Shown here piece after piece: positions 17,882-27,578 of a stretch of DNA of 64,000 nucleotides. The notes under the pieces were generated by a model. The model made no database searches. It worked only from the letters and a program-made list of their open reading frames with translations, and was not told the DNA's origin. Position 1 is the stretch's first letter, and each line of letters starts with the position of its first letter. The DNA is from Candidatus Calditenuis fumarioli. GTDB taxonomy: Archaea; Thermoproteota; Nitrososphaeria_A; Caldarchaeales; Calditenuaceae. The stretch spans positions 224,001 to 288,000 of the forward strand of contig JANVYR010000001.1 in assembly GCA_030059665.1 (NCBI GenBank), given 5' to 3'. A program made the position numbers and the translations under genes.

Positions 17882-20227
17882 ATGGACGAGGAGACGATCA
17901 AGCGGTTCGAGCAGATCCTGAAGGCGAGGGAGTTCTACGTGGTGGGCAAGAAGGTGGCGAGGGTCGACGCGCTGGACGCGGTCCTCGGCAGACCGATGTA
18001 CACGACCGACCTCCTCACGTCGAAGGCGCTCTACGTGAGGGCAGTCAGGTCACCGCATCCGCACGCGCTGATCAGGTCGATCGACTCTTCAGCGACGAGG
18101 TCCGTTAGGGGCGTGGTCGACGTGATAACGCACAGGGAGATACCGGGCGTCAACGACGCGGGATCGCTCACCTCCGACAGGCCGCTGCTTGCCGTCGACA
18201 GGGTCAGGCACTACGGAGAGGCGGTGGCGCTGGTGGTGGGCGAGGATGAGGTCTCCGTGGACGAGGGCATAGCCGCGTTCAGGGTGGAGTACGAGCCGCT
18301 GCCCGCGGTCTTCGACCCGGTGGAGGCCCTGAAGCCTGACGCCCCCAGGATCCAGGAGCAGGGGAACCTGATCAACCACGTCAAGATCAGGAAGGGTAAC
18401 GTCGAGGAGGGCTTCTCGGCATCGGACGTCGTGATCAGGAACGAGTACAGGACGCCCTTCATGGACGGCGTTCCGATGGAGATCGAGGTGGCCTACGCTT
18501 ACCCCGAGCCCGACGGGACGATAACCTGCATCGCCTCGATGCAGAACCCGTTCGACGTTTACAATAAGGTGACGAAGGTCCTCGGTCTCCCGCCCGAGAA
18601 GGTCAGGGTCATCCAGGCGGCCACCGGCGGAGGTTTCGGGCCCAAGTCCGACGAGTCGCCGATAGACGTGGCAGCCTACGCGGCCCTCGCCGCCTACAGG
18701 AACAGGAGGCCGGCCCTCGCTACCTTCACACGGGAGGAGGCCATGGCGGTCCAGACGAAGAGGCACAGCTTCCGGATCGTCAACGAGACCGGAGCCACCT
18801 CCGACGGGAGGCTGCTGGCGTGGAGGTCGACGCTTTACCTGACCAACGGCCCCTACTACTCCAAGGGCCACCTGGTCATCCAGAGGGCCACGTTCCACTG
18901 CACCGGACCCTACGAGGTGCCGAACGTCTGGGCCGACGGGTACGCCGTCCTCACCAACAACACCCTCGCCGGCTCCACCAGAGGCTTCGGGGCGCCCGAG
19001 GCCCACTTCGCGGCCGAGGTCCAGATGGACGTCCTGGCCGAGAAGCTCGGGATGGACCCGCTGGAGCTGAGGATGAAGAACATGCTCAGGCCCGGCTCCC
19101 TGACGGCGACGTCCCAGAGGATAGACGACGACGGACTCGTCAGGTGCGTCGAGGCCGCGGCCAGGCTCTCGAGGTGGACCGAGAGGAGGAGGGAGCACGA
19201 GCAGTTCAACCGCGCCAACGGTCGGTACAGGAGGGGCATAGGGATAGCGCTGCTTTACCACGGCAACACCCTCGGCCCCGAGGGCGAAGACTACGCGGTC
19301 GTTCACCTCTCCGTCGACGAGAGGGGGAAAGTCAAGCTCCAGACCGGTCTGACGGAGTACGGGACTGGAGCGCTGACGTCGCTGGCCATCCTCGTCGCGG
19401 AGGCCCTTGGGATCGACGTCAGGGACGTGGAGCTTCTCAGGCCCGACACCAGGGCTGTCAGGAACCCCGGGCCAACGGTTGCCTCGAGGACGACCGTGAT
19501 CGGAGGGAGGGCTGCGCTCGACGCAGCGGCCAAGCTCAGGGCGATCCTCGACCCGATAGCGGCGGAGCTCCTCGGCTGCCGTCAGGACGAGCTCGTCTAC
19601 AGGGACGGGAAGGTTATGGTGGCCGGAGATCCCAACCGCTCGATCTCGTTCAGGGAGCTCGTGAGGAGGGCGATCGGGATGGGGCTCGAGCTGAAGGTCG
19701 AGGGGTTCTACAAGGCTCCCGATACGAAGTGGGACAAGGAGACGGGCCAGGGCGCGCCGTACAACCAGTACACCTTCGGCGCCCTCGTCTCCGAGGTCGA
19801 GGTCGACCTGCTCACTGGCGCGGTGAGGGTGCTCAGGATGACCGCGGTCTACGACGTGGGGAAGGCGATCAACCCGCTAGGGCTCAAGGCCCTCATCGAG
19901 GGCGGCTCCATCATGGGCCTGGGTCACGCGCTGACGGAGGAGTTCCTGCTCTCCGACGGGGTTCCCGTGACTTTAGGCTTTCAGGGCTACAGCATACCTA
20001 CCTCCGTCGAGTCGCCCTTCGAGATAGTCCAGGAGGTGGTGGAGTCGGAGGGGAAGATCGGCGCGCTCGGTGCAAAGGCGATGGGCGAGATCCCTGTAGT
20101 TCTACCGATGGCCTCGATAGCGAACGCCGTGGCCCACGCCATCGGCTACCACATCAAGGAGACGCCCCTGAAGCCGAGCAGGATCTTGGAGGCGCTGGAG
20201 GAGCTAGGGATCGCTTACAGGCCCTGA
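17882..20227 (+). CDS. Xanthine dehydrogenase-family molybdopterin subunit (enzyme 1)
   Basis: GGGFGPK, RGFGAPE, GPTVASR and GAKAMGE with the catalytic Glu. No CoxL AYxCSFR motif. Confidence 0.92.
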   Translation: MDEETIKRFEQILKAREFYVVGKKVARVDALDAVLGRPMYTTDLLTSKALYVRAVRSPHPHALIRSIDSSATRSVRGVVDVITHREIPGVNDAGSLTSDRPLLAVDRVRHYGEAVALVVGEDEVSVDEGIAAFRVEYEPLPAVFDPVEALKPDAPRIQEQGNLINHVKIRKGNVEEGFSASDVVIRNEYRTPFMDGVPMEIEVAYAYPEPDGTITCIASMQNPFDVYNKVTKVLGLPPEKVRVIQAATGGGFGPKSDESPIDVAAYAALAAYRNRRPALATFTREEAMAVQTKRHSFRIVNETGATSDGRLLAWRSTLYLTNGPYYSKGHLVIQRATFHCTGPYEVPNVWADGYAVLTNNTLAGSTRGFGAPEAHFAAEVQMDVLAEKLGMDPLELRMKNMLRPGSLTATSQRIDDDGLVRCVEAAARLSRWTERRREHEQFNRANGRYRRGIGIALLYHGNTLGPEGEDYAVVHLSVDERGKVKLQTGLTEYGTGALTSLAILVAEALGIDVRDVELLRPDTRAVRNPGPTVASRTTVIGGRAALDAAAKLRAILDPIAAELLGCRQDELVYRDGKVMVAGDPNRSISFRELVRRAIGMGLELKVEGFYKAPDTKWDKETGQGAPYNQYTFGALVSEVEVDLLTGAVRVLRMTAVYDVGKAINPLGLKALIEGGSIMGLGHALTEEFLLSDGVPVTLGFQGYSIPTSVESPFEIVQEVVESEGKIGALGAKAMGEIPVVLPMASIANAVAHAIGYHIKETPLKPSRILEALEELGIAYRP

Positions 20228-20269
20228 GACCGTCGACCCAAGAGATAGGTTATCTCGAGGACCGTTCGG

Positions 20270-21250
20270 GTGAGGAGCCCGGTGGGCGGCATGCCGGGAG
20301 AGCTCGTGGTGGTGGCCCTCGGCGGTAACGCGCTCCTGCAGAGAGGTCAGCGCGGAACCTTCGAGGAGCAGTACGCGAACGTCCAGGAGACCTCGAGGTA
20401 CCTCGCCGATCTGGTCGAGAGGGGCTACAGGCTCGTGATAACGCACGGCAACGGTCCGCAGGTGGGGGCCACGATGCTACGCCACGACGCGGGCCTGAAG
20501 CTCTACAACGTCCCACCCTTCCCGATGGACGTCTGCGGCGCCGAGACGCAGGGCTTCATCGGTTACATGATCCAGCAGGCGCTCAGGACCGAGCTGAAAC
20601 ACAGGGGTATCGACAAGTACGTGATAACGGTGATCACCCGCGTCATCGTCGACGAGAACGACCCGGCCTTCCGTAACCCGACCAAACCGGTAGGCCCCTT
20701 CTACACGAGGGAGGAGATGGAGAGGATGAAGGCCGAGCATCCGGAGTTCGTCTTCAAGGAGGACAAGGCGAGGGGAGGGTGGAGGAGGGTGGTGCCTTCG
20801 CCAGATCCGAAGATCATCGCGGAGCGGCACGCCATCAGGACGCTCGTCGACGCGGGCTTCATCGTCGTCGCCTGCGGTGGCGGAGGGATCCCCATCATCG
20901 AGAAGGACGGTTGGAGGGCCGTAGGCGTCGAGGCCGTGATCGACAAGGACCTGGCCAGCGAGCGGCTGGCGACCCTGATCAGGGCCGACTACCTCGTGAT
21001 CTTGACCGACGTTGACGGCGCCTACCTCGACTTCGGCAAGCCCACACAGAGGAGACTGGGAGTCGTGAGGGTTAGCGAGCTGAAGCGGTACTACGAGGAG
21101 GGGCACTTCGGTGAGGGGAGCATGGGGCCGAAGGTGCTGGCGGCGATCAGGTTCATCGAGAACGGAGGGAAGAGGGCTGTGATCGCGGAGAGGTCCCAGG
21201 TCCTCGCAGCCGTCGAGGGGAAGGCCGGCACCCAGGTCTACCCCGATTGA
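20270..21250 (+). CDS. arcC: Carbamate kinase
   Basis: [34 protein letters not shown] and GSMGPKV. Confidence 0.95.
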   Translation: MRSPVGGMPGELVVVALGGNALLQRGQRGTFEEQYANVQETSRYLADLVERGYRLVITHGNGPQVGATMLRHDAGLKLYNVPPFPMDVCGAETQGFIGYMIQQALRTELKHRGIDKYVITVITRVIVDENDPAFRNPTKPVGPFYTREEMERMKAEHPEFVFKEDKARGGWRRVVPSPDPKIIAERHAIRTLVDAGFIVVACGGGGIPIIEKDGWRAVGVEAVIDKDLASERLATLIRADYLVILTDVDGAYLDFGKPTQRRLGVVRVSELKRYYEEGHFGEGSMGPKVLAAIRFIENGGKRAVIAERSQVLAAVEGKAGTQVYPD

Positions 21251-21300
21251 GGGAACGTGAGGGAAAGAACCCGAGGGAGTTAGCTTCGCTGCGCGCCCGG

Positions 21301-22320
21301 TCAGATCCTGTTGCCAGCGACGAGCGCCAGCACCGCAGCCCTGACGTAGACGAGGTTCTCGGCCTGGTCGTAGATCACGCTCCTCGGGCCGTCCATCACG
21401 TCGTCGTCCGCCTCCTGCCCCCTGAACACCGGAAGGACGTGGGTGACTATACCGTGCCTGTCCATCAGGTCCGTCAGCTCCCTCGTCAGCCTCCAATCGA
21501 TGAACCTCCTGTGGAGCTCCAGCTCTTTCTCCCTGCCGAACCTGTTCAGGCCCTCCATCACGCAGGCGTGGCTCGCCCAGCTCCTCGGGAAGACGACGTG
21601 CGCACCGGTCAGGGCCTCCTTGAGGTCGTGCGAAATCTCGAGCGATCCTCCCGAATCCCGGGCGTTCTCCTTCGCCTGGGCCACGAGCCGCTCGTCAAGC
21701 TCGAACCCCGGTGGATGCGCGAGGACCACGTCCATCCCGTACCTCGTGGCTATCAGCATCTCGTCCTGGACGCTCCCCCAGCTCCTGATCCGGTCGCTGT
21801 AGGCCCACATGATCACGTACTTCTTTCCCTCGACCTTGCCCCTGAACTTCTCGGCGATGGTGAAGAGGTCCGTGATCGCCTGCGTCGGGTGGTACATGTC
21901 GTCGGCCATGTTTATCACTGGAATCTTCGCGTGCTCGGCGTACTCCCTGATTATCGCGTTCCCGCGGCCGTAGACGTAGTCAACCGCCGACTCGAGGATC
22001 CTGACGCCAAGCGCGTGACCGAAGCGCTCGTACATCTTCGCCATGTCCTTGACCGATTCACCCTCTGCACCGCGCGTCGTGGCGAAGTCGATGAACTGGG
22101 CGTGTCCTCCCAGCAGCGTTGCAGCGGCCTCGAAGCTCGCCCTCGTCCTGGTGGAGGTGTTGTAGAAGAGCATGAAGAAGGTCCTGTTCTTGAAGAGCTC
22201 GGGTACGTGGCCCGCGTAACGCCAGAGCTTGATCTGACGAGCGAGGTCCATCACCATGTCCAGCTCCTCGACCTCCCACTCTTGTGTAGAGATCAGGTCC
22301 TTTCCATACAGGTCCACCAT
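21301..22320 (-). CDS. Transcarbamylase of the YgeW/knotted-like clade
   Basis: STRT and HPTQ carbamoyl-phosphate motifs. WAYS, FPRSWA and HVLP replace the canonical OTC SMG and HCLP. Confidence 0.8.
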   Translation of the reverse strand: MVDLYGKDLISTQEWEVEELDMVMDLARQIKLWRYAGHVPELFKNRTFFMLFYNTSTRTRASFEAAATLLGGHAQFIDFATTRGAEGESVKDMAKMYERFGHALGVRILESAVDYVYGRGNAIIREYAEHAKIPVINMADDMYHPTQAITDLFTIAEKFRGKVEGKKYVIMWAYSDRIRSWGSVQDEMLIATRYGMDVVLAHPPGFELDERLVAQAKENARDSGGSLEISHDLKEALTGAHVVFPRSWASHACVMEGLNRFGREKELELHRRFIDWRLTRELTDLMDRHGIVTHVLPVFRGQEADDDVMDGPRSVIYDQAENLVYVRAAVLALVAGNRI

Positions 22321-22334
22321 TTCGGCACAACACG

Positions 22335-22407
22335 TGTTTTCGTCAATTTGTAAGTGATGTCCAGCCGAAGGACCATGCGACAGCGTGAAGCCAGTTTAAC
22401 GAAAACA
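22335..22407. promoter_or_regulatory. Inverted repeat in divergent promoter region (candidate operator)
   Basis: TGTTTTCGTCAA (22335-46) and TTAACGAAAACA (22396-407) are 11/12 complementary, between the divergent transcarbamylase and XDH-2 genes. Confidence 0.35.
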
Positions 22408-22487
22408 TCGATCGAGTTCGCAGATGTGGGGCTCGGGCATCGCGTCCTACGTCAACGATCAACGTTGATATCCTGCGCCCGAGATCG

Positions 22488-22970
22488 TTGTACGGATTGA
22501 AGTTTCCCCACTCCGCAAGAACGCGGGAGATAAGGTTCGTTCTGAACGGCAGTGAGACCTCGGTCAGGGTGCCCCCCGGGTACACGCTGCTGGAGACCTT
22601 GAGGTACGTGCTGAGGATGACCGGGACGAAGGAGGGCTGCGCCCGGGGAGACTGCGGCGAGTGCACCGTCCTCGTCGACGGAGTTCCTGTCCACGCCTGC
22701 CTGACGCTCATGTCCCAGGTTGAGGGGCGGAGCGTTTTGACGGTGGAGGGGATAGACAGGCAGCACAGGCTGATCAGGGCATTCGTCGAGGAGGGCGCTG
22801 TCCAGTGCGGTCACTGCACGCCCGGCATCGTGGTGGCGGCGTACCACCTGCTGAGCCAGGTTCCCAGGCCCACAGAGGAGCAGGTGCGGGAGGCCCTCAG
22901 GGGAAACCTCTGCAGGTGCACCGGATACGTGAAGATAATTCGAGCGGTCCTTAAGGCGGGTGAGGCTTGA
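22488..22970 (+). CDS. Xanthine dehydrogenase-family 2x[2Fe-2S] subunit (enzyme 2)
   Basis: GTKEGCARGDCGEC, QCGHCTPG and NLCRCTGY. Exact start is uncertain. Confidence 0.93.
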   Translation: MYGLKFPHSARTREIRFVLNGSETSVRVPPGYTLLETLRYVLRMTGTKEGCARGDCGECTVLVDGVPVHACLTLMSQVEGRSVLTVEGIDRQHRLIRAFVEEGAVQCGHCTPGIVVAAYHLLSQVPRPTEEQVREALRGNLCRCTGYVKIIRAVLKAGEA

Positions 22971-23851
22971 CGATGCAGCACCTCGCGGACGTCGAGGTCT
23001 ACTCCGTCAGGACGTTGCGAGAGGCGTTGGAGCTCCTCTCCTCCGTCAAGGGGCTGAGGGTCATAGCTGGTGGGACCGATCTGATAGTCCAGCTCAAGAC
23101 TGGTGTTGTGCCGAAGACGAACCTCCTCGACGTCTCAAGGGTCGACGAGCTGAGGTACGTCAGGTTCGAGGACGGCATCCTCAGGATCGGCGCGTTGACG
23201 ACCTTCATGGAGATCTACAGGTCGGAGCTCGTGAGGAGGCACGCTCCCCTGCTCGCCGAGGCGGCGTTCACGGTCGGTTCCTTCCAGATCATGAACAAGG
23301 GCACCATCGGCGGAAACATCGTCAACGCCTCGCCAGCAGCTGACTCGCTACCTCCGCTTTACGCGCTGAACGCGGAGCTCAAAATCGTCGGACCCAGGGG
23401 CGAGAGGTTCGTGAGGATTCAGGACTTCTACAAGGGTTACAAGAAGCTCGACCTGATGGCCGACGAGCTGGTCGCGGAGGTCAGGATCAGGCCACCTGGT
23501 GAAGGATACGTAGGCCACTTCTTCAAGCACGGTCTGAGGAGGGGCGACGCGATCGCTGTGGTGAATGGCGCTGTACTGCTTAGGCTGTCCCCTGAAGGGA
23601 TCGTGAGGGACGCCCGGGTAGCCCTCGGTGCGGTGGCCCCAACCGTTGTCAGGTCACCCAGCTCCGAGAGGGTGCTCGTGGGATCCAGACTGAGCCCGGA
23701 AGTGATGTGGAGGGCTGCGGAGGCGGTGGTGAACGACATATCTCCGATCGACGACGTGAGGGGAAGCGCTGCCTACAGGAGGGAACTCTCGGTCAACTAC
23801 GTCTTCATGACGCTTTACCGGATCGCGAGGGAAACCGGGGTGGTGGCGTGA
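22967..23851 (+). CDS. Xanthine dehydrogenase-family FAD-binding subunit (enzyme 2)
   Basis: IAGGTDL, GTIGGNIVNASPAAD, GAVAPT and PIDDVRGSAAYR. Confidence 0.93.
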   Translation: MTMQHLADVEVYSVRTLREALELLSSVKGLRVIAGGTDLIVQLKTGVVPKTNLLDVSRVDELRYVRFEDGILRIGALTTFMEIYRSELVRRHAPLLAEAAFTVGSFQIMNKGTIGGNIVNASPAADSLPPLYALNAELKIVGPRGERFVRIQDFYKGYKKLDLMADELVAEVRIRPPGEGYVGHFFKHGLRRGDAIAVVNGAVLLRLSPEGIVRDARVALGAVAPTVVRSPSSERVLVGSRLSPEVMWRAAEAVVNDISPIDDVRGSAAYRRELSVNYVFMTLYRIARETGVVA

Positions 23852-26127
23852 CCGCGCAGAGGGCGGTGGGCGCACCAGTAGCTCGGCGGGACGCCTTCGA
23901 GAAGGCCGTTGGCGCGGCGAAGTACGCCTCCGACCTGTTCCTGGACGACATGCTCTGGGTGGCAGTCCTGAGGAGCAAATACCCGCACGCGAGGATCAGG
24001 CGTATCGACACCTCCAAGGCCGAGTCCCACCCCAATGTGGTCGCGGTCTTCACGCACAGGGACGTCCCGGTGAACAGGTACGGCCTCTTCAAGAAGGACA
24101 GGCCAGTACTGTGCGACGACAAGGTGCGGTACATAGGTGACCCAATCGCGCTGGTGGCGGCCGAGACGAGGGAGGACGCCCTCGAGGCCCTGAAGCTGAT
24201 CGAGGTCGACTACGAGCCCCTCCCTCCGGTGACAGACCCGATCGAGGCGATGAGGCCCGATGCGCCGAAGGTCCACGACGACGGCAACATATGCAGGGAG
24301 GTCCACCTCAGGCTCGGTGACGTTGATGGGGCCTTCGCAAGGGCGGACGTGATAGTCGAGAACACCTACAGGACAGGTGCGCAGATCCACGCTTACCTCG
24401 AGACCGAGGCGGGCATCTCTTACATGGAGGACGGGAAGATCGTGGTGGTCGCGGGAGGCCAGTCGCCGTACAGGGACAGGGCGGAGATCGCACACGCCCT
24501 GAACCTTCCGGAGGAGATGATCAGGGTCGTCACGCCGTACGTGGGAGGTGCCTTCGGAGGGAAGGACGACATAACCGTGCAGATCCACCTGGCGCTGGTC
24601 ACGTGGAAGACCGGCAGGCCCGCGAGGCTCGTCTGGAGCAGGGAGGAGTCGATGATGGCCGGGACCAAGCGCCATCCCGCGATCATCAAGATCAGGACGG
24701 CCGCGACCAGGGACGGAACGATACTCGCCAACAAGATCGAGATCGTTCTCGACAAGGGCGCGTACACCGCGCTCGGACCGGCGGTCCTCGACGTCGCGGT
24801 CGAGAACTGCAACGGCCCCTACCGGGTTCAGGCGTCCCAGATCGACGCTTACCTCGTCTACACCAACAACATGGTAGCGTCCGCCTTCAGGGGATTCGGC
24901 GCACCCCAGGTGATCTTCGCCATAGAGCGGCAGATGGACCTGCTCGCGAAGAAGTTGGGGATGGATCCGCTGGAGCTGAGGCTGAAGAACGCCCTTAGGA
25001 AGGGCGACCGTTACGTCTTCGGGAACGTCCTCGAGGGGAGCGTCGGCATCGCCCAGTGCCTCGAGGTCGCGAGATCTCACCCACTTTGGCGGAGCAGGGG
25101 GAGGAACTCGTGCGAGTGGCCCTGGTTGAGGAGGGGCGTTGGTGTTGCGGCCGCCATGAAGGGTTACACGATAGGCGCCCTTCCCGACAAGGGAGTTGTT
25201 GCGCTGGAGCTGCTCAGGGACGGAAGGGTCCTCGTCAAGGGGAGCTTCACCGAGATAGGGCAGGGCGTCATCCAGGCAGTCGCCCAGATCGCGGCCGACC
25301 TCCTCGGGGTGAGCGTGGACGACGTGGAGGTGGTCTTCGCCGACACGGAGGTCACTCCGGACACCAGCGTCACCTCGGCATCGAGGCAGCTCTTCCTCGC
25401 GGGGAACGCGGTGAGGGAGGCCGTCGAGGCCCTCAGGGAGAGGGTGGCAGAGCTGGAGGGGAGGCTGAGCGGGAGGAGGCCGGCCAGGGTGGAGTTCTCG
25501 GGCGGCTGGGTTTTCATCGACTCGGAGAGGAGGTACAGCCTGCAGGAGCTGGCGAGGCTCCTCGAGTCCACCGGGCTCGGTAGGCAGGTCCTTGGCGTCT
25601 ACGAGGTCCCACGGGTCGAGCCGCTCCCCGGAACCCTCGAGATACCTCACCTGTTCTACATGTTCGGTGTGACGCTGGCGGAGGTGCTCGTGAACCTCCT
25701 CACCGGCGAGGTGACGGTATCCAAGGTCGTTTCGATCGTCGACGCGGGCAGGGTGATCAACCCCATCACCTTCACGGGTCAGGTGGAGGGTGCGGTGGCA
25801 CAGGGGATCGGGTTCGCGCTGATGGAGGACGCCAAGATTCGGGACGGTTACCTGCTCACGAGGGACCTCTCGACGTACCTGATCCCGAGCTCGAAGGACG
25901 TGCCCGAGATCGAGGTCATACCGGTGGAGACCGAGGAGGCGGAGGGGCCCTTCGGTGCCAAGGGCATAGGAGAGATAGGGATAATCTCGGTGGCACCCGC
26001 TATACTGAACGCGGTGGCTGATGCGACCGGCGTTGAGCCCAACGCGATACCGCTGACCCACGAGCGCCTCTACTGGCTGCTGAAGGAGCACGGGCTGGTG
26101 GAGCAGCTCAGGAGGGCCTCCACATGA
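23848..26127 (+). CDS. Xanthine dehydrogenase-family molybdopterin subunit (enzyme 2)
   Basis: VGGAFGGK, AFRGFGAPQ, TSASR and GPFGAKGIGE. Likely start is GTG 23848, overlapping the previous stop. Confidence 0.93.
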   Translation: MTAQRAVGAPVARRDAFEKAVGAAKYASDLFLDDMLWVAVLRSKYPHARIRRIDTSKAESHPNVVAVFTHRDVPVNRYGLFKKDRPVLCDDKVRYIGDPIALVAAETREDALEALKLIEVDYEPLPPVTDPIEAMRPDAPKVHDDGNICREVHLRLGDVDGAFARADVIVENTYRTGAQIHAYLETEAGISYMEDGKIVVVAGGQSPYRDRAEIAHALNLPEEMIRVVTPYVGGAFGGKDDITVQIHLALVTWKTGRPARLVWSREESMMAGTKRHPAIIKIRTAATRDGTILANKIEIVLDKGAYTALGPAVLDVAVENCNGPYRVQASQIDAYLVYTNNMVASAFRGFGAPQVIFAIERQMDLLAKKLGMDPLELRLKNALRKGDRYVFGNVLEGSVGIAQCLEVARSHPLWRSRGRNSCEWPWLRRGVGVAAAMKGYTIGALPDKGVVALELLRDGRVLVKGSFTEIGQGVIQAVAQIAADLLGVSVDDVEVVFADTEVTPDTSVTSASRQLFLAGNAVREAVEALRERVAELEGRLSGRRPARVEFSGGWVFIDSERRYSLQELARLLESTGLGRQVLGVYEVPRVEPLPGTLEIPHLFYMFGVTLAEVLVNLLTGEVTVSKVVSIVDAGRVINPITFTGQVEGAVAQGIGFALMEDAKIRDGYLLTRDLSTYLIPSSKDVPEIEVIPVETEEAEGPFGAKGIGEIGIISVAPAILNAVADATGVEPNAIPLTHERLYWLLKEHGLVEQLRRAST

Positions 26128-27524
26128 GCGGGCCCGAGAGGGTCCTGATCAGGGCAAGGGCGGTCATCCCGATGGACAGGAAGGGCAGGGTCATCAGGGA
26201 CGGTGCGGTGCTGATTGAGGACGGCGCCATATCGTCGGTGGGCACGAAGGACGCTGTACGGGAGCCCCACGCGAAGGACGACCTGGTGATCGACGAGCCG
26301 TACGGCCTTGTTATCCCCGGGTTGATAGACATTCACGTCCACCTCGCTCAGGCGCTGATAAGGGGCGTCGTCCCCGACGACGTGACGCTGCTCTCCTGGC
26401 TGAGGGACTGGGTCTGGAGGCTCCAGGGCGTCTACGACGCTGAGGACGGAAGGGCCAGCGCGGAGCTCTGCGTGCTCGAGATGCTCAAAACCGGCACCAC
26501 CTGCTTCCTCGAGGCGGGCCTCCACAGGAGGTACGGCCTTGACGGGGTCGCCGAGGCCGTCACGAGGTCAGGCATCAGGGCCTTCCTCTCCAAGAAGGTG
26601 ATGGACCTGAGAGGTTACGCCACGGTCGAGAACGCCCTGCCCGAGGGGATGATCGAGGACGGTGAGCAGTGCCTGCGAGACTTCCTCGAGATGAGGAAGA
26701 GGTGGGCCGGTGCTGGCGACGGCAGGATCGACGTCTGGATAGGTCTCAGGACGCCAGGAGCGGTCTCGGACGAGATGTTCGCGAGGGCCGCGCAGCTGGC
26801 CGACGAGCTCGGTGCGGGGGTCACGATGCACCTCGCTGAGGTGGAGGAGGACCTCAGGTACTTCGCCTCTCGGGGGCACACGCCTTCCAGCTTCCTCAGG
26901 GGCTTCGGCCTCCTCGGCAGGAAGAGGGTCTACGCCCACTGCGTCTGGCTCGGCGATCGGGACATCGAGGCCTTCGCCTCCACGGGCACCTCCGTTGCCC
27001 ACTGCCCCTCGTCGAACCTCAAGCTCGGATCCGGTGTGGCGCCGGTGGTCGCGATGAGGAGGAAGGGCGTGACGGTCGGTCTCGGGTGCGACGGCGGTCC
27101 CAGCAACGACGCCTACGACATGGTCCGGGAGATGAAGACGGCCGCGCTGCTCCAGAAGGTCTTCCACGGCCCCTCTTCGATGACCTGCTGGGACGTCCTC
27201 GAGATGGCCACCGTGATGGGCGCCAGGGCTCTGGGGATCGAGGAGAGGGTCGGTAGCCTCGAGGTCGGCAAGCGGGCAGACGTCGTCGTCCTCAGGCTCG
27301 CCCACCCCTCAGTCAGGCCCTTCACCGATCCGGCATCTCTCGCTGTCTACTCCGCCACCGGCAGGGACGTGGTCCACGTGCTGGTGGACGGAAGACCCGT
27401 CGTCCTCGATGGCCGTGTGCTGACCATGGACGAGGAGAGGGTTCTGAGGAACGCGGAGGAAAGGCTTGAGGCCGTGCTCCGGAAGTTCGGCCCCGAACGT
27501 CCCGCAGCTCCCCGAGACCCCTGA
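26124..27524 (+). CDS. Metal-dependent amidohydrolase/deaminase (SsnA/MtaD/guanine deaminase-like)
   Basis: HVH, HLAE, HCPSSNLKLGSG, GCDG and GSLEVGKRAD. Confidence 0.88.
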   Translation: MSGPERVLIRARAVIPMDRKGRVIRDGAVLIEDGAISSVGTKDAVREPHAKDDLVIDEPYGLVIPGLIDIHVHLAQALIRGVVPDDVTLLSWLRDWVWRLQGVYDAEDGRASAELCVLEMLKTGTTCFLEAGLHRRYGLDGVAEAVTRSGIRAFLSKKVMDLRGYATVENALPEGMIEDGEQCLRDFLEMRKRWAGAGDGRIDVWIGLRTPGAVSDEMFARAAQLADELGAGVTMHLAEVEEDLRYFASRGHTPSSFLRGFGLLGRKRVYAHCVWLGDRDIEAFASTGTSVAHCPSSNLKLGSGVAPVVAMRRKGVTVGLGCDGGPSNDAYDMVREMKTAALLQKVFHGPSSMTCWDVLEMATVMGARALGIEERVGSLEVGKRADVVVLRLAHPSVRPFTDPASLAVYSATGRDVVHVLVDGRPVVLDGRVLTMDEERVLRNAEERLEAVLRKFGPERPAAPRDP

Positions 27525-27578
27525 ACGCGTTTGGCGATCGGTTAATAAGAAGTGCTCTGGCATGGACGATCCGAGGGC

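Noticed and set aside
20270-22320. Arginine deiminase pathway (arcB/arcC)
   Set aside because: No arcA nearby, and the transcarbamylase lacks the ornithine-binding SMG and HCLP motifs.
16560-26127. Aerobic CO dehydrogenase (coxMSL)
   Set aside because: Neither large subunit has the AYxCSFR or AYxGAGR loop; both have RGFG and the catalytic Glu of hydroxylases.
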